From positions 1 to 52,655 of IMG/VR virus record IMGVR_UViG_3300022670_000781: a stretch of DNA of 52,655 bases, one strand, 5' to 3'. Below the pieces are notes generated by a model, which saw nothing but the letters and a program-made list of their open reading frames with translations, was not told where the DNA came from and ran no database searches. Position numbers and translations under genes: made by a program. Origin of the DNA: a virus (Duplodnaviria > Caudoviricetes). Below, in pieces: positions 1-9,029 of the stretch (position 1 is the first letter of the stretch; each line of letters begins with the position of its first letter).

Positions 1-707
1 CTAATGCGGCGGGCCTGTGTATTGGTCAATAACACATTTGCGTCATTTAAAATGGATCGGTCTCTACTTATATCAGGGTCATCCAGTACCACAAAAGCCC
101 ATAATTCACCTGACATTTGTTTGGTGTAACCGGTAATTATTCGCTCTATATCAATACCCCCAGATACGCGGATCTCTGTATGTGCAAGTATTGTTCCAGC
201 CGCAGGGGTAACCGGTGTTCCCACAATAGTGTAAGTGAAACTGGTTGAATCAATTACTGTAACCACAAAACGGCCGTTATAATTACCCCGCTTGTTTTCG
301 TTTAATAAAGGGGTTCCGGTAGCAGGAGTGACAGGATCGTCATTTACTTCAAAAGTAAACTTTGTTCGATTTGATACCGATAGTAGTTTATGATCCCCAT
401 TATACTCGGCTTGGTCAGCATCGGAAATATTAACAGTCAGCTGAAACCCTTCTGTTAAATCATGGGGGCCTATGGTAATGGCAGTAGCAATATCGCCTAC
501 CCTCGTAAGTGACGTTATTTCATTTTGAATTAAAGCCCCTGAAATGGTAACCGAGTTACCGGTTGCTAGGTTGTGGGGGGTACTTGTCACCGCCGTTACC
601 AAAGATCCGACCCTACTTAATAAGGTTACCTGCACCTCAGTGGTAAAGTCATTTGACAACCTTGGTAGTATTGTAGAAAGTTGTTTTATAACATCTGCAG
701 CTTTCAT
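1..707 (-). CDS. Neck/tail-completion protein, N-terminal part (runs off the left end); carries nested beta-rich repeat domains
   Basis: ATG at 707 (MKAADVIKQLSTILPRLS...), open to position 1; lies between the gp10-like gene and, after wrapping, the tail sheath genes. Not in the ORF track. Confidence 0.7.
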   Translation of the reverse strand, partial: MKAADVIKQLSTILPRLSNDFTTEVQVTLLSRVGSLVTAVTSTPHNLATGNSVTISGALIQNEITSLTRVGDIATAITIGPHDLTEGFQLTVNISDADQAEYNGDHKLLSVSNRTKFTFEVNDDPVTPATGTPLLNENKRGNYNGRFVVTVIDSTSFTYTIVGTPVTPAAGTILAHTEIRVSGGIDIERIITGYTKQMSGELWAFVVLDDPDISRDRSILNDANVLLTNTQARRI

Positions 708-715
708 TTAATTGG

Positions 716-1159
716 TTATCTCCCTTTGAGTAAACTACGTTTTATTTCAGTTTCAAATAGACTAATTGCATTCTTTTGGTTATGTTTAATAGACCTTATT
801 AAGAAAGGGCGTTGGGCCATATTACGGGTGCCAAGTTCCAAAAATGGAGCGTATTCTGCACGGGCCCCAAAATGAAGTTCGTTCCAACTACGTTGTTGAT
901 AAGCTATACTTCTTTTGAGCAAACCAGACAAATTGGCTGGAGCCTGGCCAGATGCAGATGCCCGATGTAGCCTATTATTAATCCGATATAACCTGCCGGT
1001 TTTTGGACCTTCCTGTATTGACCTTCTAGCTTCATCTACTAAAACATTACCCAATCTAAAATAAGCAGACCGGATACCACTACGAGTTAACTTAGACATA
1101 TTATTAATTTGTAGAAACACCTTTTGATTAGATTGGCTAGGTTCAAATTTAAAAGTCAT
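716..1159 (-). CDS. HK97 gp10-like tail-completion/neck protein
   Basis: HRASASGQAPANLSGLLKRSI and YAPFLELGTRNMAQRPFL motifs; follows the head-closure gene. Confidence 0.8.
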   Translation of the reverse strand: MTFKFEPSQSNQKVFLQINNMSKLTRSGIRSAYFRLGNVLVDEARRSIQEGPKTGRLYRINNRLHRASASGQAPANLSGLLKRSIAYQQRSWNELHFGARAEYAPFLELGTRNMAQRPFLIRSIKHNQKNAISLFETEIKRSLLKGR

Positions 1160-1545
1160 GAAAGGTTAACCCTGCTAGATGATACTCCCCGTTCATTACA
1201 ATTAAGAACCATAAAATCACCTCGTCTATCAAGGTCTTCTGTGGTGATTATATCGTATTTAAAACTGTCAATCTCTACCCAAGTTTCCGCGGTTACAGTG
1301 GGGTCAAATCTGATATAGATCCGATGGCTGATAGCTATTTCAGTATTGGTAGTATCGAATACCGAAAGCCCTTGAACTGTTTCTATCATTGCCCAAACAA
1401 TAGCCTTGGTAGTAAATATCTCATCAAAGTTAGGATTAGAGTCCACAATACCTTTGATAGATCTATCTTGTAGAATGATCTCGGTATCCAAATCGCCTAT
1501 ACAAACCTTACGATGACGACGACGTATAAACTTACACTCAGGCAT
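1156..1545 (-). CDS. Head closure (stopper) protein, SPP1 gp16/HK97-like
   Basis: IGDLDTEIILQ ... VWAMIETVQG ... SHRIYIRF pattern; synteny. Confidence 0.75.
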   Translation of the reverse strand: MPECKFIRRRHRKVCIGDLDTEIILQDRSIKGIVDSNPNFDEIFTTKAIVWAMIETVQGLSVFDTTNTEIAISHRIYIRFDPTVTAETWVEIDSFKYDIITTEDLDRRGDFMVLNCNERGVSSSRVNLS

Positions 1546-2831
1546 TATCGTGCCCTCATAATAGCGGAGGATACCATTAAGTTAACCAGATCACTATCGT
1601 TAGCAACAAAGACTTCTAAAAAATCAGTTTCATTTAATACTAATTGCCAAATTACAGACACCGATCTTGGATCAGTAGAACTAACACGAGTTGTTTGAGC
1701 ACTATTAGCAACTATAACCCCATTCACAGCAAGATATACTGAAATGTCTTTATTATTTCCACTTACCGACTTAACGGTGGTTACAATATCCACTGGGGTA
1801 GTTAATGGTCGCTCACCGTCATAAGTAATACGTCCTGAAGTGTCGCCAGTAAAAAGTGAAGCTCTTTCAACCACCCAAGTACCCGCAACCTTAACAGGAA
1901 GACCTATTGTACCAATTACAGTTTCTGTAGTATTACCTGTAAGAGAAACCATTGCATCAGGTTGAGTATCTGGTATTACCTCATTGTTTTTAAAGACCCA
2001 TCTAGTATCATCTACAGTAACACCCACCAATGGGGCTCCTAATCCGCTAGTAAGCATCCGTGTTGCGTTACCTATCCCACCTACTTTAATGTTTCCAGAT
2101 GATGCTAATCCATTAATTAACGATGTACCTGCCGCTAAATTAGATAAAATTAAATCAAGAATAATTGAGCTAAAAGTGGCAGTTCCAAAATTAAATACGT
2201 TACCGTTAATAATATTAAGAGCCGATGTTTCCCACAGCCACGAATTCCAATCACCTGTAATTGTGGCGCCATCAGTAGCAATTGTGGACGGGCTCACTGC
2301 CGTAAATCTAACAGTCGATCCGTTTGGACCGCTACTATTAAATAAACCAAATCTATCACAGACTATACTACAATCATTCATTCTAAAAATGGTGTCTGTA
2401 TTATCTGAAAAATTAAGTACTCTACCAGTAGATGCCACTATTGACAACATGCTAATTCGATTACGGGTATTAACCATAGTAAACATATCCCCAGTGCCGG
2501 TATAAGTCAACGTTACTACTAAAGACTCTATGCCTGAAACAACAGTATTGGCGGCCATAACTAGGCGATTAGTACCTAGATTAACGTCATCGCCAATGAG
2601 GTATTTTGTATCGGCTGCTAAGGTAATGATACCTCCAATTGGAGCTGGAAAGTCTGTAAGGCTATTAATAAGTACGGTTTTATTAGTGCTAAACAACGCC
2701 CCTAAGACTTGCAAAGATATTTGTTTTGAGGTACCTGCGGGACTATCTGTGGTGTCTGATACATCAACCACATGCATAATGTCATTCAAACTAGGATTAG
2801 CAAGTACGGTTCTATCGGTAATTTTACTCAT
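1545..2831 (-). CDS. Putative head fibre/spike or other virion appendage protein
   Basis: 428 aa, T/S/G/N-rich, beta-rich; N-terminus (MSKITD...VVDVSD...GTSKQIS) is typical of fibre anchors; sits between adaptor and stopper genes. Confidence 0.55.
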   Translation of the reverse strand: MSKITDRTVLANPSLNDIMHVVDVSDTTDSPAGTSKQISLQVLGALFSTNKTVLINSLTDFPAPIGGIITLAADTKYLIGDDVNLGTNRLVMAANTVVSGIESLVVTLTYTGTGDMFTMVNTRNRISMLSIVASTGRVLNFSDNTDTIFRMNDCSIVCDRFGLFNSSGPNGSTVRFTAVSPSTIATDGATITGDWNSWLWETSALNIINGNVFNFGTATFSSIILDLILSNLAAGTSLINGLASSGNIKVGGIGNATRMLTSGLGAPLVGVTVDDTRWVFKNNEVIPDTQPDAMVSLTGNTTETVIGTIGLPVKVAGTWVVERASLFTGDTSGRITYDGERPLTTPVDIVTTVKSVSGNNKDISVYLAVNGVIVANSAQTTRVSSTDPRSVSVIWQLVLNETDFLEVFVANDSDLVNLMVSSAIMRAR

Positions 2832-2839
2832 GGTATCCT

Positions 2840-2998
2840 CTAATTAAAATCAAAGTTTGTTCCATCTTGAAAGTCAAAATTTGTTGCATCTTGAAAATCA
2901 AAATTTTCTAAATCAGGTTCAGGGGGTGGACTAATTAAAGGTTGTATGATGTCTTGAGATAACCCTTCAATTATACCTTCTATGATAGGCGCACTCAT
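2840..2998 (-). CDS. 52-aa peptide with NFDFQD(A/G)T repeats; probable fibre linker
   Basis: MSAPIIEGIIEGLSQDIIQPLISPPPEPDLENFDFQDATNFDFQDGTNFDFN; ATGA overlap with the upstream gene; below the ORF-track cutoff. Confidence 0.65.
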   Translation of the reverse strand: MSAPIIEGIIEGLSQDIIQPLISPPPEPDLENFDFQDATNFDFQDGTNFDFN

Positions 2999-3294
2999 TG
3001 TAGTATGTCAACGAAAATACCATCACTACCACCTGTGGTACCTGTTACAATAGCCCTTATTGTTGAACCATTTGGTAAATAATCTAGCTTTATACTTGCA
3101 CCAGCGGTAAAACTACCACTTGTCAATGTAACAAACCTAAGAAGGGAGTCTTGTCGGGAGGCTATTTGAATTTCAACAACCGCTCCTCCAAAATCATTAG
3201 CGCGTATGTTAATAATGGCAGAGCCCCCTTTACTTTCAAAAACAGTAGTTGGGGCTGTGACATCAGTATTTACGTTATTTAATAAAATAGTCAT
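2995..3294 (-). CDS. Small beta-rich virion protein (possible head-spike base)
   Basis: 99 aa, alternating hydrophobic pattern; located in the structural operon. Confidence 0.5.
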   Translation of the reverse strand: MTILLNNVNTDVTAPTTVFESKGGSAIINIRANDFGGAVVEIQIASRQDSLLRFVTLTSGSFTAGASIKLDYLPNGSTIRAIVTGTTGGSDGIFVDILQ

Positions 3295-3333
3295 ATATTC
3301 AACTCTTTTAAAATTCGAAAATTATATTTTAAA

Positions 3334-3888
3334 TTATACCCGTGATATTCTAAATTGATCGTAAATTATTGTAGCCCCTGACGTAATGGCAGTTTCTTTA
3401 CTACAATCCCCTCTATTAGAATATACATAAGTAACGTGTCTTAATATAGCGTTCTTAATTTCATTCAGATAGAAAAATGGTTCAGTTGTAAACTCAATGT
3501 TTATAGTTTGATCACGTTCATCCATATCATCAGGCCAATCTTCGCCATCATTTAGAAGAACTTGAGCAAACTGTGCTAATTTTTTAAGGTAAAAAACGTC
3601 TGCGGAAACTGTTACCGGAGAGCCCGAAACCAAACGGGTAATGGTTACGATAGAGTCCACAGGATCTCGATTCAAAGTAATGCAATCATCAAACGAATCT
3701 AACAATACATCCCAAGTCTTTATTCTAAAATCACGCCCTGTATAATTCTCGCCAAACTGTGTAGCGGAATCAATTAAAAGCTGGATTAAAGTATCGTCTG
3801 AAGCTGAGGTTACTTTCATGTACGATTTCATTAAGGGTAAATCAACTGGAGAAGCCCCCTGAGTTTTCAGACGATAAACTTGAGTCAT
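3334..3888 (-). CDS. Head-tail adaptor (HK97 gp6/phiE125 gp8-like)
   Basis: PVDLPLMKSYMKV..DDTLIQLLIDSAT..GENYTGR and IKNAILRHVTYVYSNRG motifs. Confidence 0.85.
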   Translation of the reverse strand: MTQVYRLKTQGASPVDLPLMKSYMKVTSASDDTLIQLLIDSATQFGENYTGRDFRIKTWDVLLDSFDDCITLNRDPVDSIVTITRLVSGSPVTVSADVFYLKKLAQFAQVLLNDGEDWPDDMDERDQTINIEFTTEPFFYLNEIKNAILRHVTYVYSNRGDCSKETAITSGATIIYDQFRISRV

Positions 3889-4376
3889 TACTTGGCCTTA
3901 TTTGGCTTTGCTGGAGCAGCTGGTGTTTTAGGAGCTTCAGGGGTCTTGGGAGCTTCAACTTTTTTGCTAGCCTCGGCTTTTTGCTTGGCTTCTAATTCAG
4001 CTGTGACTTGAGCTTGACTTTTAACGTTAGCTTCCAATTCAGCTTCGGCTTTGACATCGGCAGCAACTATATCTTTTGCTGCATTAATCTCGTTTTCAAG
4101 CCTAGCATCTTCTTCGGCTTCAGCTTCCAATTCAGCTTTAACCTCGGCCTTTAATTCAGCTCTGGCCTTTATAGCGTCTGCTTCAGCTGCAATCTCTAGA
4201 TCAGCAGTTAGACCGACAATTTCAGCACACCCACTTTTAACAGCAGATTCAGCTATTTCTTCGTCGATAGTTTCGCCAACAACGTATAGCACATCGGCTT
4301 TAACTTCAACAGGGGATAACCAAGGCTTATCTGGAAACGCTCGTCTACCCTTTGACTTAAATTTAATTGTAACCAT
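3888..4376 (-). CDS. Hypothetical A/E/K-rich protein in the head region
   Basis: Low-complexity AEAELEA and APKTP repeats; GGAG RBS; translationally coupled to the adaptor gene. Confidence 0.6.
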   Translation of the reverse strand: MVTIKFKSKGRRAFPDKPWLSPVEVKADVLYVVGETIDEEIAESAVKSGCAEIVGLTADLEIAAEADAIKARAELKAEVKAELEAEAEEDARLENEINAAKDIVAADVKAEAELEANVKSQAQVTAELEAKQKAEASKKVEAPKTPEAPKTPAAPAKPNKAK

Positions 4377-4417
4377 AAATACTCCTAAAAACCAGACATC
4401 CTTGTCCGGTTATTTAA

Positions 4418-4828
4418 TTACTCAGCAGTAGGTGCAGTGAAGGGATGACCTTGTACCGCAACAGCCCCGATGAAGTCAACCCCAGTAGTTACACCTGTGG
4501 TCACTATTGATAGACGCTGAAAACGTTTCTTACCAATGGTACCAACTCGCTTAGCAGTATCGTCATCAGCCGCAACAAACCCAGTTAGAACACCGAGGGT
4601 TTCTTCAGCTGTTACCGCGGTAGCACCTGACATATTTGAGGCGTCACTTTCTTCAAGAAGTAAAGCATAAGCCCCATCAGTAATGGTACCTACTTGAACG
4701 ATAAATTCAAGCGATTCAAAACCTTGAGTATCAATGATCTCCCCTACCGTAGTAGTGTTTGAACTGATAGCTGCCAGTTGTAGGGCCACCGCTTGCTTGA
4801 CCCGATGATGCATGTCAAAAGCAGACAT
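4418..4828 (-). CDS. Putative capsid decoration/cement protein
   Basis: Directly follows the major capsid gene; IIDTQGFESLEF motif is typical of post-capsid genes. Confidence 0.6.
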   Translation of the reverse strand: MSAFDMHHRVKQAVALQLAAISSNTTTVGEIIDTQGFESLEFIVQVGTITDGAYALLLEESDASNMSGATAVTAEETLGVLTGFVAADDDTAKRVGTIGKKRFQRLSIVTTGVTTGVDFIGAVAVQGHPFTAPTAE

Positions 4829-4840
4829 ATTCTTCTCCTA

Positions 4841-4867
4841 AAAATAAAGGGGTAACTACCCCTTTAA
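4841..4867 (-). terminator. Rho-independent terminator after the major capsid gene
   Basis: Minus strand AAAGGGGT-AGTT-ACCCCTTT followed by ATTTTT. Confidence 0.6.
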
Positions 4868-4891
4868 TTATTAACCAAATGTTTAAACGTA

Positions 4892-6070
4892 TTAGGCGAC
4901 TGTTTTCAAAAGCTTGATAGCTTCAGGTAAAACAACGCGGCCATAGTTCCAACGATTCATTGTGAATTCAATGATAGCTTTCTTCTTCTGAGTAAACTCA
5001 TCACGAACAACGCTCATTCCGGTACGATCCACGATAGTGTAACCGCGTAAGAAATCACCAAATGCAATTGGGAAAGCATCCGTAGCTTGGTCAGGCATAT
5101 CATTCATAATGATATAGTTGAAACCGGCTAAGGTACTAGCAACAACACCGTTCAGGCCTGGCTGCCACAAGAAGTTTCCATCTGTTGACTTGAGGGTACG
5201 AATAAACGCTAGCTCACGGCGGTTCAAAGCGTATACTGGGTTATAACCAGTCTTCAAATCACCTGTCAATAACAAGATGTCATCGGCGGTGTAGGTGCTA
5301 CTACCAGAGGCATCACGGGCGTTAGCTTGAACACGAGTGTCTGCAGTGAAACCGGAAGGCTTTTTAACACCATCACCAACGACAAAGTTTAGACCTTCAC
5401 CAAACGCGAATGCTTCACGGGCATCTGCCATGATTTCAGATTCCATATCGAAAGCTGAATCCATCAACATATCCATAGTGATTGGAGTAGTAAATGTCTG
5501 TCTGAAGGTAACGAGGGTTTCATTCTCGTATAAGCTGCTGCTATCGTCGCCGGATGCTGCTTCGCCTTCATAAGTGGCCACAGGAATCGATGCGCGAATT
5601 GGAATTTCCATTGACTTCGAACTAATGGTACGAACTCGGGCTACCGAACGCATTGGACTGATTTCAGTGATTTTCTTTAGAATTGAAGTATCCAATTCTG
5701 TAGGTACCAAGAATCCGCCAGTGGTATCATTGTCGGTACGAAGAACCGCTTTTTGCTCCGCAGTAGGATAACCATCAATACACCAACCCTGAAGGGCTTT
5801 GTACTCATCGCTATCCTTAAAATTCTTGCTTTCACCAGCGCCACCAGAACGAGACAATTCAGCTTCAAGAACATCCATACGCTCTTTAACTTCGGCTTCG
5901 CGGGTTTCGGACGCTTTTAAATCAGTTACGATTTTTTGATTTTGCTCTTCGTGCTTGTCGAGGGTTTCATTGACTTTTGCCATGACCGCGGGATCAGGCT
6001 TGGCCTTGGTTAACTCCTCGCGTAAAGCACCAACAGCTGTTTTAACTTCTGCTAGGGTTACATCTGACAT
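4892..6070 (-). CDS. Major capsid protein, HK97 family
   Basis: Coiled-coil delta domain, GGFLVPTEL, LKSTDGNFLWQPG, IAFGDF, RDEFTQK motifs. Confidence 0.95.
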   Translation of the reverse strand: MSDVTLAEVKTAVGALREELTKAKPDPAVMAKVNETLDKHEEQNQKIVTDLKASETREAEVKERMDVLEAELSRSGGAGESKNFKDSDEYKALQGWCIDGYPTAEQKAVLRTDNDTTGGFLVPTELDTSILKKITEISPMRSVARVRTISSKSMEIPIRASIPVATYEGEAASGDDSSSLYENETLVTFRQTFTTPITMDMLMDSAFDMESEIMADAREAFAFGEGLNFVVGDGVKKPSGFTADTRVQANARDASGSSTYTADDILLLTGDLKTGYNPVYALNRRELAFIRTLKSTDGNFLWQPGLNGVVASTLAGFNYIIMNDMPDQATDAFPIAFGDFLRGYTIVDRTGMSVVRDEFTQKKKAIIEFTMNRWNYGRVVLPEAIKLLKTVA

Positions 6071-6163
6071 TTCTATTACTCCGTAAAATGATTTTAAGAT
6101 CGGGTCCGCTTCCTTAACATCTCGCCAAGGCGCTGAACAACATCTCGTTATCCCGCTAGCGTG

Positions 6164-6901
6164 TTAAGCGTCATCGGCTGCTATTGATTTAATATCAGAT
6201 AACAACTCGCTTAAGTCCCCTTCATTATAACTAGGCGAATTTGATTTTTCACCCTTCAATTTGCTAATTACTAACTTAGCCGCCTTTTGAGACAGTTTAG
6301 AACCATCACGAAGCGCCTTTTCAATCTCCTTTTCACCCCAAGCATCTACATCGTCTACAGAAATGCTTTTAACTTCTGTAATTTGAGCTTCGGGATTCAT
6401 AGGCTCGTCCACAATAGATCCTTCCCAGACTATCGCTTTGTGGATTATACGAAGGTCAAAACCCTCCATGCGATGAATGGTGTCTTCTTGTGAAGAGAAC
6501 CCAATAGAGAAATCTGAGAGAACACCTTGCTTGGCTAAGCTAAAGGCTTCTTTACCTTGTTGCACCTCTAGGTTTATCTCGGCAGTTCCAAACAAACCCT
6601 TGTCATCTTCAAAGACAGTGTCAATAGGGAAACCACCAACAGTTCGACCGTGGTGATCTTTGAATCTGATTGGACGGTTACGGGATTTAAGATCATTTAG
6701 TGATTCAAGAAATGCGCCTTTCTCAAACTGGTCTTTCATACCCCAGCTTCCGCGATCAATGTCCCATGTGGCAATATAACCTTTAATAATGCCAATTTGT
6801 ACACCATTTCGCTCTTCTTGTTTCACTTCTAATATAGCACCACCAACATACTTTGTTTCGCGGGTCATTGTTATTTCCTCAATTTTCGATAAATGGCTCA
6901 A
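6164..6901 (-). CDS. Prohead maturation protease, HK97 family (true start probably the internal MTRETK)
   Basis: IKGYIATW..D, GAFLESL, H..., SIGF, EGSIVDEPMNPEA motifs. Confidence 0.9.
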   Translation of the reverse strand: MSHLSKIEEITMTRETKYVGGAILEVKQEERNGVQIGIIKGYIATWDIDRGSWGMKDQFEKGAFLESLNDLKSRNRPIRFKDHHGRTVGGFPIDTVFEDDKGLFGTAEINLEVQQGKEAFSLAKQGVLSDFSIGFSSQEDTIHRMEGFDLRIIHKAIVWEGSIVDEPMNPEAQITEVKSISVDDVDAWGEKEIEKALRDGSKLSQKAAKLVISKLKGEKSNSPSYNEGDLSELLSDIKSIAADDA

Positions 6902-7730
6902 AGCCAGGCTGTAATCTTACTGAAATTAACTGATCGATATCGTGAATAGACGAACACCTACAATTAATTACATTAGATAAAGAAGCTCCTAGTCCCATAT
7001 CGCCTGGCCATCTTAATGGCTCACCAGCTACAGTAAAGGTATCCCCTACTTTTCTAATCTGGCTATCTGCGACTACATGGGCAGGACGTACACGCTCATC
7101 ACCTACAGTAAACCATTCTTTATTTACATCAACATTTCGAGTGGTACCAGTAATAGTAGAAGGCTCTAAACCTGATAATACTGTTACTTCTGTATCTTTT
7201 ATAGCTTCGGCAATGAATTGGGTCTCGGTACTTACAATCCCGCTTACCCTTTGTGCCAGCTTTAATGATAAAAGAGCCCCTGCAGTCATGGCAAGCTCTT
7301 GTTGGGATATTCCTACTTGTTCTGGCTGTTCTTGTGATAATTGGATGGCTTCACTAATAGAAACATTCATATTCTGTTGAGTAGTATTATTGATAATACT
7401 TGTTTGCTCTGAAGCCCTCTCAACAAGAAATAATCCTAAAGCACTATTTATTATATCTGTTTCGCTATCGGTTTGAGCCGTACTTACTGACAGCAAGTCT
7501 GAAATGTTTCCTTTAAAAGAGGTTTCAACCCTACCATAGTGCTTGGTTAAAAGATTATTTAGATCGTCATCGAATCGGGAGGCTTGAATTAAAATACCTT
7601 CTTTGGCATACCCCTTTATAAAGGTCCTGACAATTTTACGGTTCAACTTTTGTATAGCAGGCCTAAACTTTTGCTCAAGAATTAACTTGGCTCTAAGGTC
7701 TTGCAAGGCACGAGCTGAATCACTACTCAC
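6879..7730 (-). CDS. Minor head/morphogenesis protein, Mu gpF (SPP1 gp7)-like
   Basis: C-terminal KEWFTVGDERVRPAH...LRWPGD...INCRC motif. Confidence 0.85.
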   Translation of the reverse strand: MSSDSARALQDLRAKLILEQKFRPAIQKLNRKIVRTFIKGYAKEGILIQASRFDDDLNNLLTKHYGRVETSFKGNISDLLSVSTAQTDSETDIINSALGLFLVERASEQTSIINNTTQQNMNVSISEAIQLSQEQPEQVGISQQELAMTAGALLSLKLAQRVSGIVSTETQFIAEAIKDTEVTVLSGLEPSTITGTTRNVDVNKEWFTVGDERVRPAHVVADSQIRKVGDTFTVAGEPLRWPGDMGLGASLSNVINCRCSSIHDIDQLISVRLQPGFEPFIEN

Positions 7731-9024
7731 TATTAGTATCTCTTAAAAGGGTAGTATTAGGGGTACCGTCATCCGATAATAAGTCCACACCTACCGGTAT
7801 AAGATTCGCAGGTTTAAGAATCTGGTCACCACCTTGATAGGGTTCTCTGCCTATTAAGGATCGTAATTCGTTGTCGGATTCAATATTCAATTCTTTACGC
7901 AATTTGAGCTCTTCATTGCGACGTACTGCGAGGGCTGTTATCTGATCTATATCAAAAGTAATCTTAACTTTAGCAGGGTCATCGCCATACCTAGGAATCA
8001 GCAGATCAGTTAACCCAGCAAAGATTCGGTTAGCTAAAGGCAATACCGCATCATCAAATAATGCTAGCTTAGATTCTTTGTAATTATTAAAAGACGTTGC
8101 TTCAGTGGAGATAAGAGGCAATGGCACCTTATATACCAATGCGCAGGCTTGCTTTGCCATGGTTTGCAAGAGGGCAAAGTCCATATCCTTATTATTGGTG
8201 CCTATATCCTTAATGTCCAGCTTGCCACCGGAAGTGACACCTATGGTACCTGCATTGTCAGCCCCACCATAACGTTCTTGTACTCTATCACGGACTTCAT
8301 TAAAGTCGTCAGTTGTCATATCCTCCTGAAAATGGAAAACCAAGGATACCCGCCCTCCTTTCTCGAGGATACTAACATTGTGGCGATTACCCAGTATGTG
8401 TTGACGTACTTCTTGGGATGCTGCCAGTAATACCGATTGCCCGCGTAACAACGATCCATTCTTAGTTGAGTAATTACGAATTTGTTTAAACTCTCTCAAA
8501 TTACCATCCAAGTAACGGGCTCTATTATTTCGGACTAGTAAATTATATTCACCCGCTAAAGAATTGCTATTAATGGACCAAGACCTTGCGAGACCACTTG
8601 AGCCTTCATTTGGAGTAAAGTCTTTTACACTAATTGGTTGTAATTCTAGTGGGGGTCTAGATATCCCACCAAGAGCCACCAAACCAGTTTCCCCAGTTAT
8701 GAGATACTCTTTACCTAACATCTCAAAAAACAATTCTCGAGTAAAGAACGGAGACGGTTTGTTTAACAGATCCAATACTGGATGATCCTGTATTATTTTA
8801 CCGTCTATTTTAACCACAGGTACGATAGCTGAAAACGCATCCGCGATATAATTGACTGGAATACTTATGGATGTTGAATCATTGTATAGTTGAAGGGTTC
8901 TCGTGGCACTTACTGCTGACCCATTCCCAAGAATTAAAAATTTACCTAAGGAATCGGACAACCCCAAAACCGACTTTTGTTCTACCACTGGTTTTTCTTT
9001 AGTAAAAAAATTAGGCCATTTCAT
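7723..9024 (-). CDS. Portal protein, HK97 family
   Basis: HPVLDLLNKP, LRGQSVL, DMDF, VPLPLI, SFNN, NELRSLIG motifs; follows terL. Confidence 0.92.
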   Translation of the reverse strand: MKWPNFFTKEKPVVEQKSVLGLSDSLGKFLILGNGSAVSATRTLQLYNDSTSISIPVNYIADAFSAIVPVVKIDGKIIQDHPVLDLLNKPSPFFTRELFFEMLGKEYLITGETGLVALGGISRPPLELQPISVKDFTPNEGSSGLARSWSINSNSLAGEYNLLVRNNRARYLDGNLREFKQIRNYSTKNGSLLRGQSVLLAASQEVRQHILGNRHNVSILEKGGRVSLVFHFQEDMTTDDFNEVRDRVQERYGGADNAGTIGVTSGGKLDIKDIGTNNKDMDFALLQTMAKQACALVYKVPLPLISTEATSFNNYKESKLALFDDAVLPLANRIFAGLTDLLIPRYGDDPAKVKITFDIDQITALAVRRNEELKLRKELNIESDNELRSLIGREPYQGGDQILKPANLIPVGVDLLSDDGTPNTTLLRDTNSE

Positions 9025-9029
9025 CTATA

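Noticed and set aside
3900-4200. Short DNA repeats (also at 13690-13770, 25550-25610 and 30355-30410) as arrays
   Set aside because: They are explained by low-complexity protein repeats (AEAE, QGQ, PKPT, AETP) and have no spacer structure.
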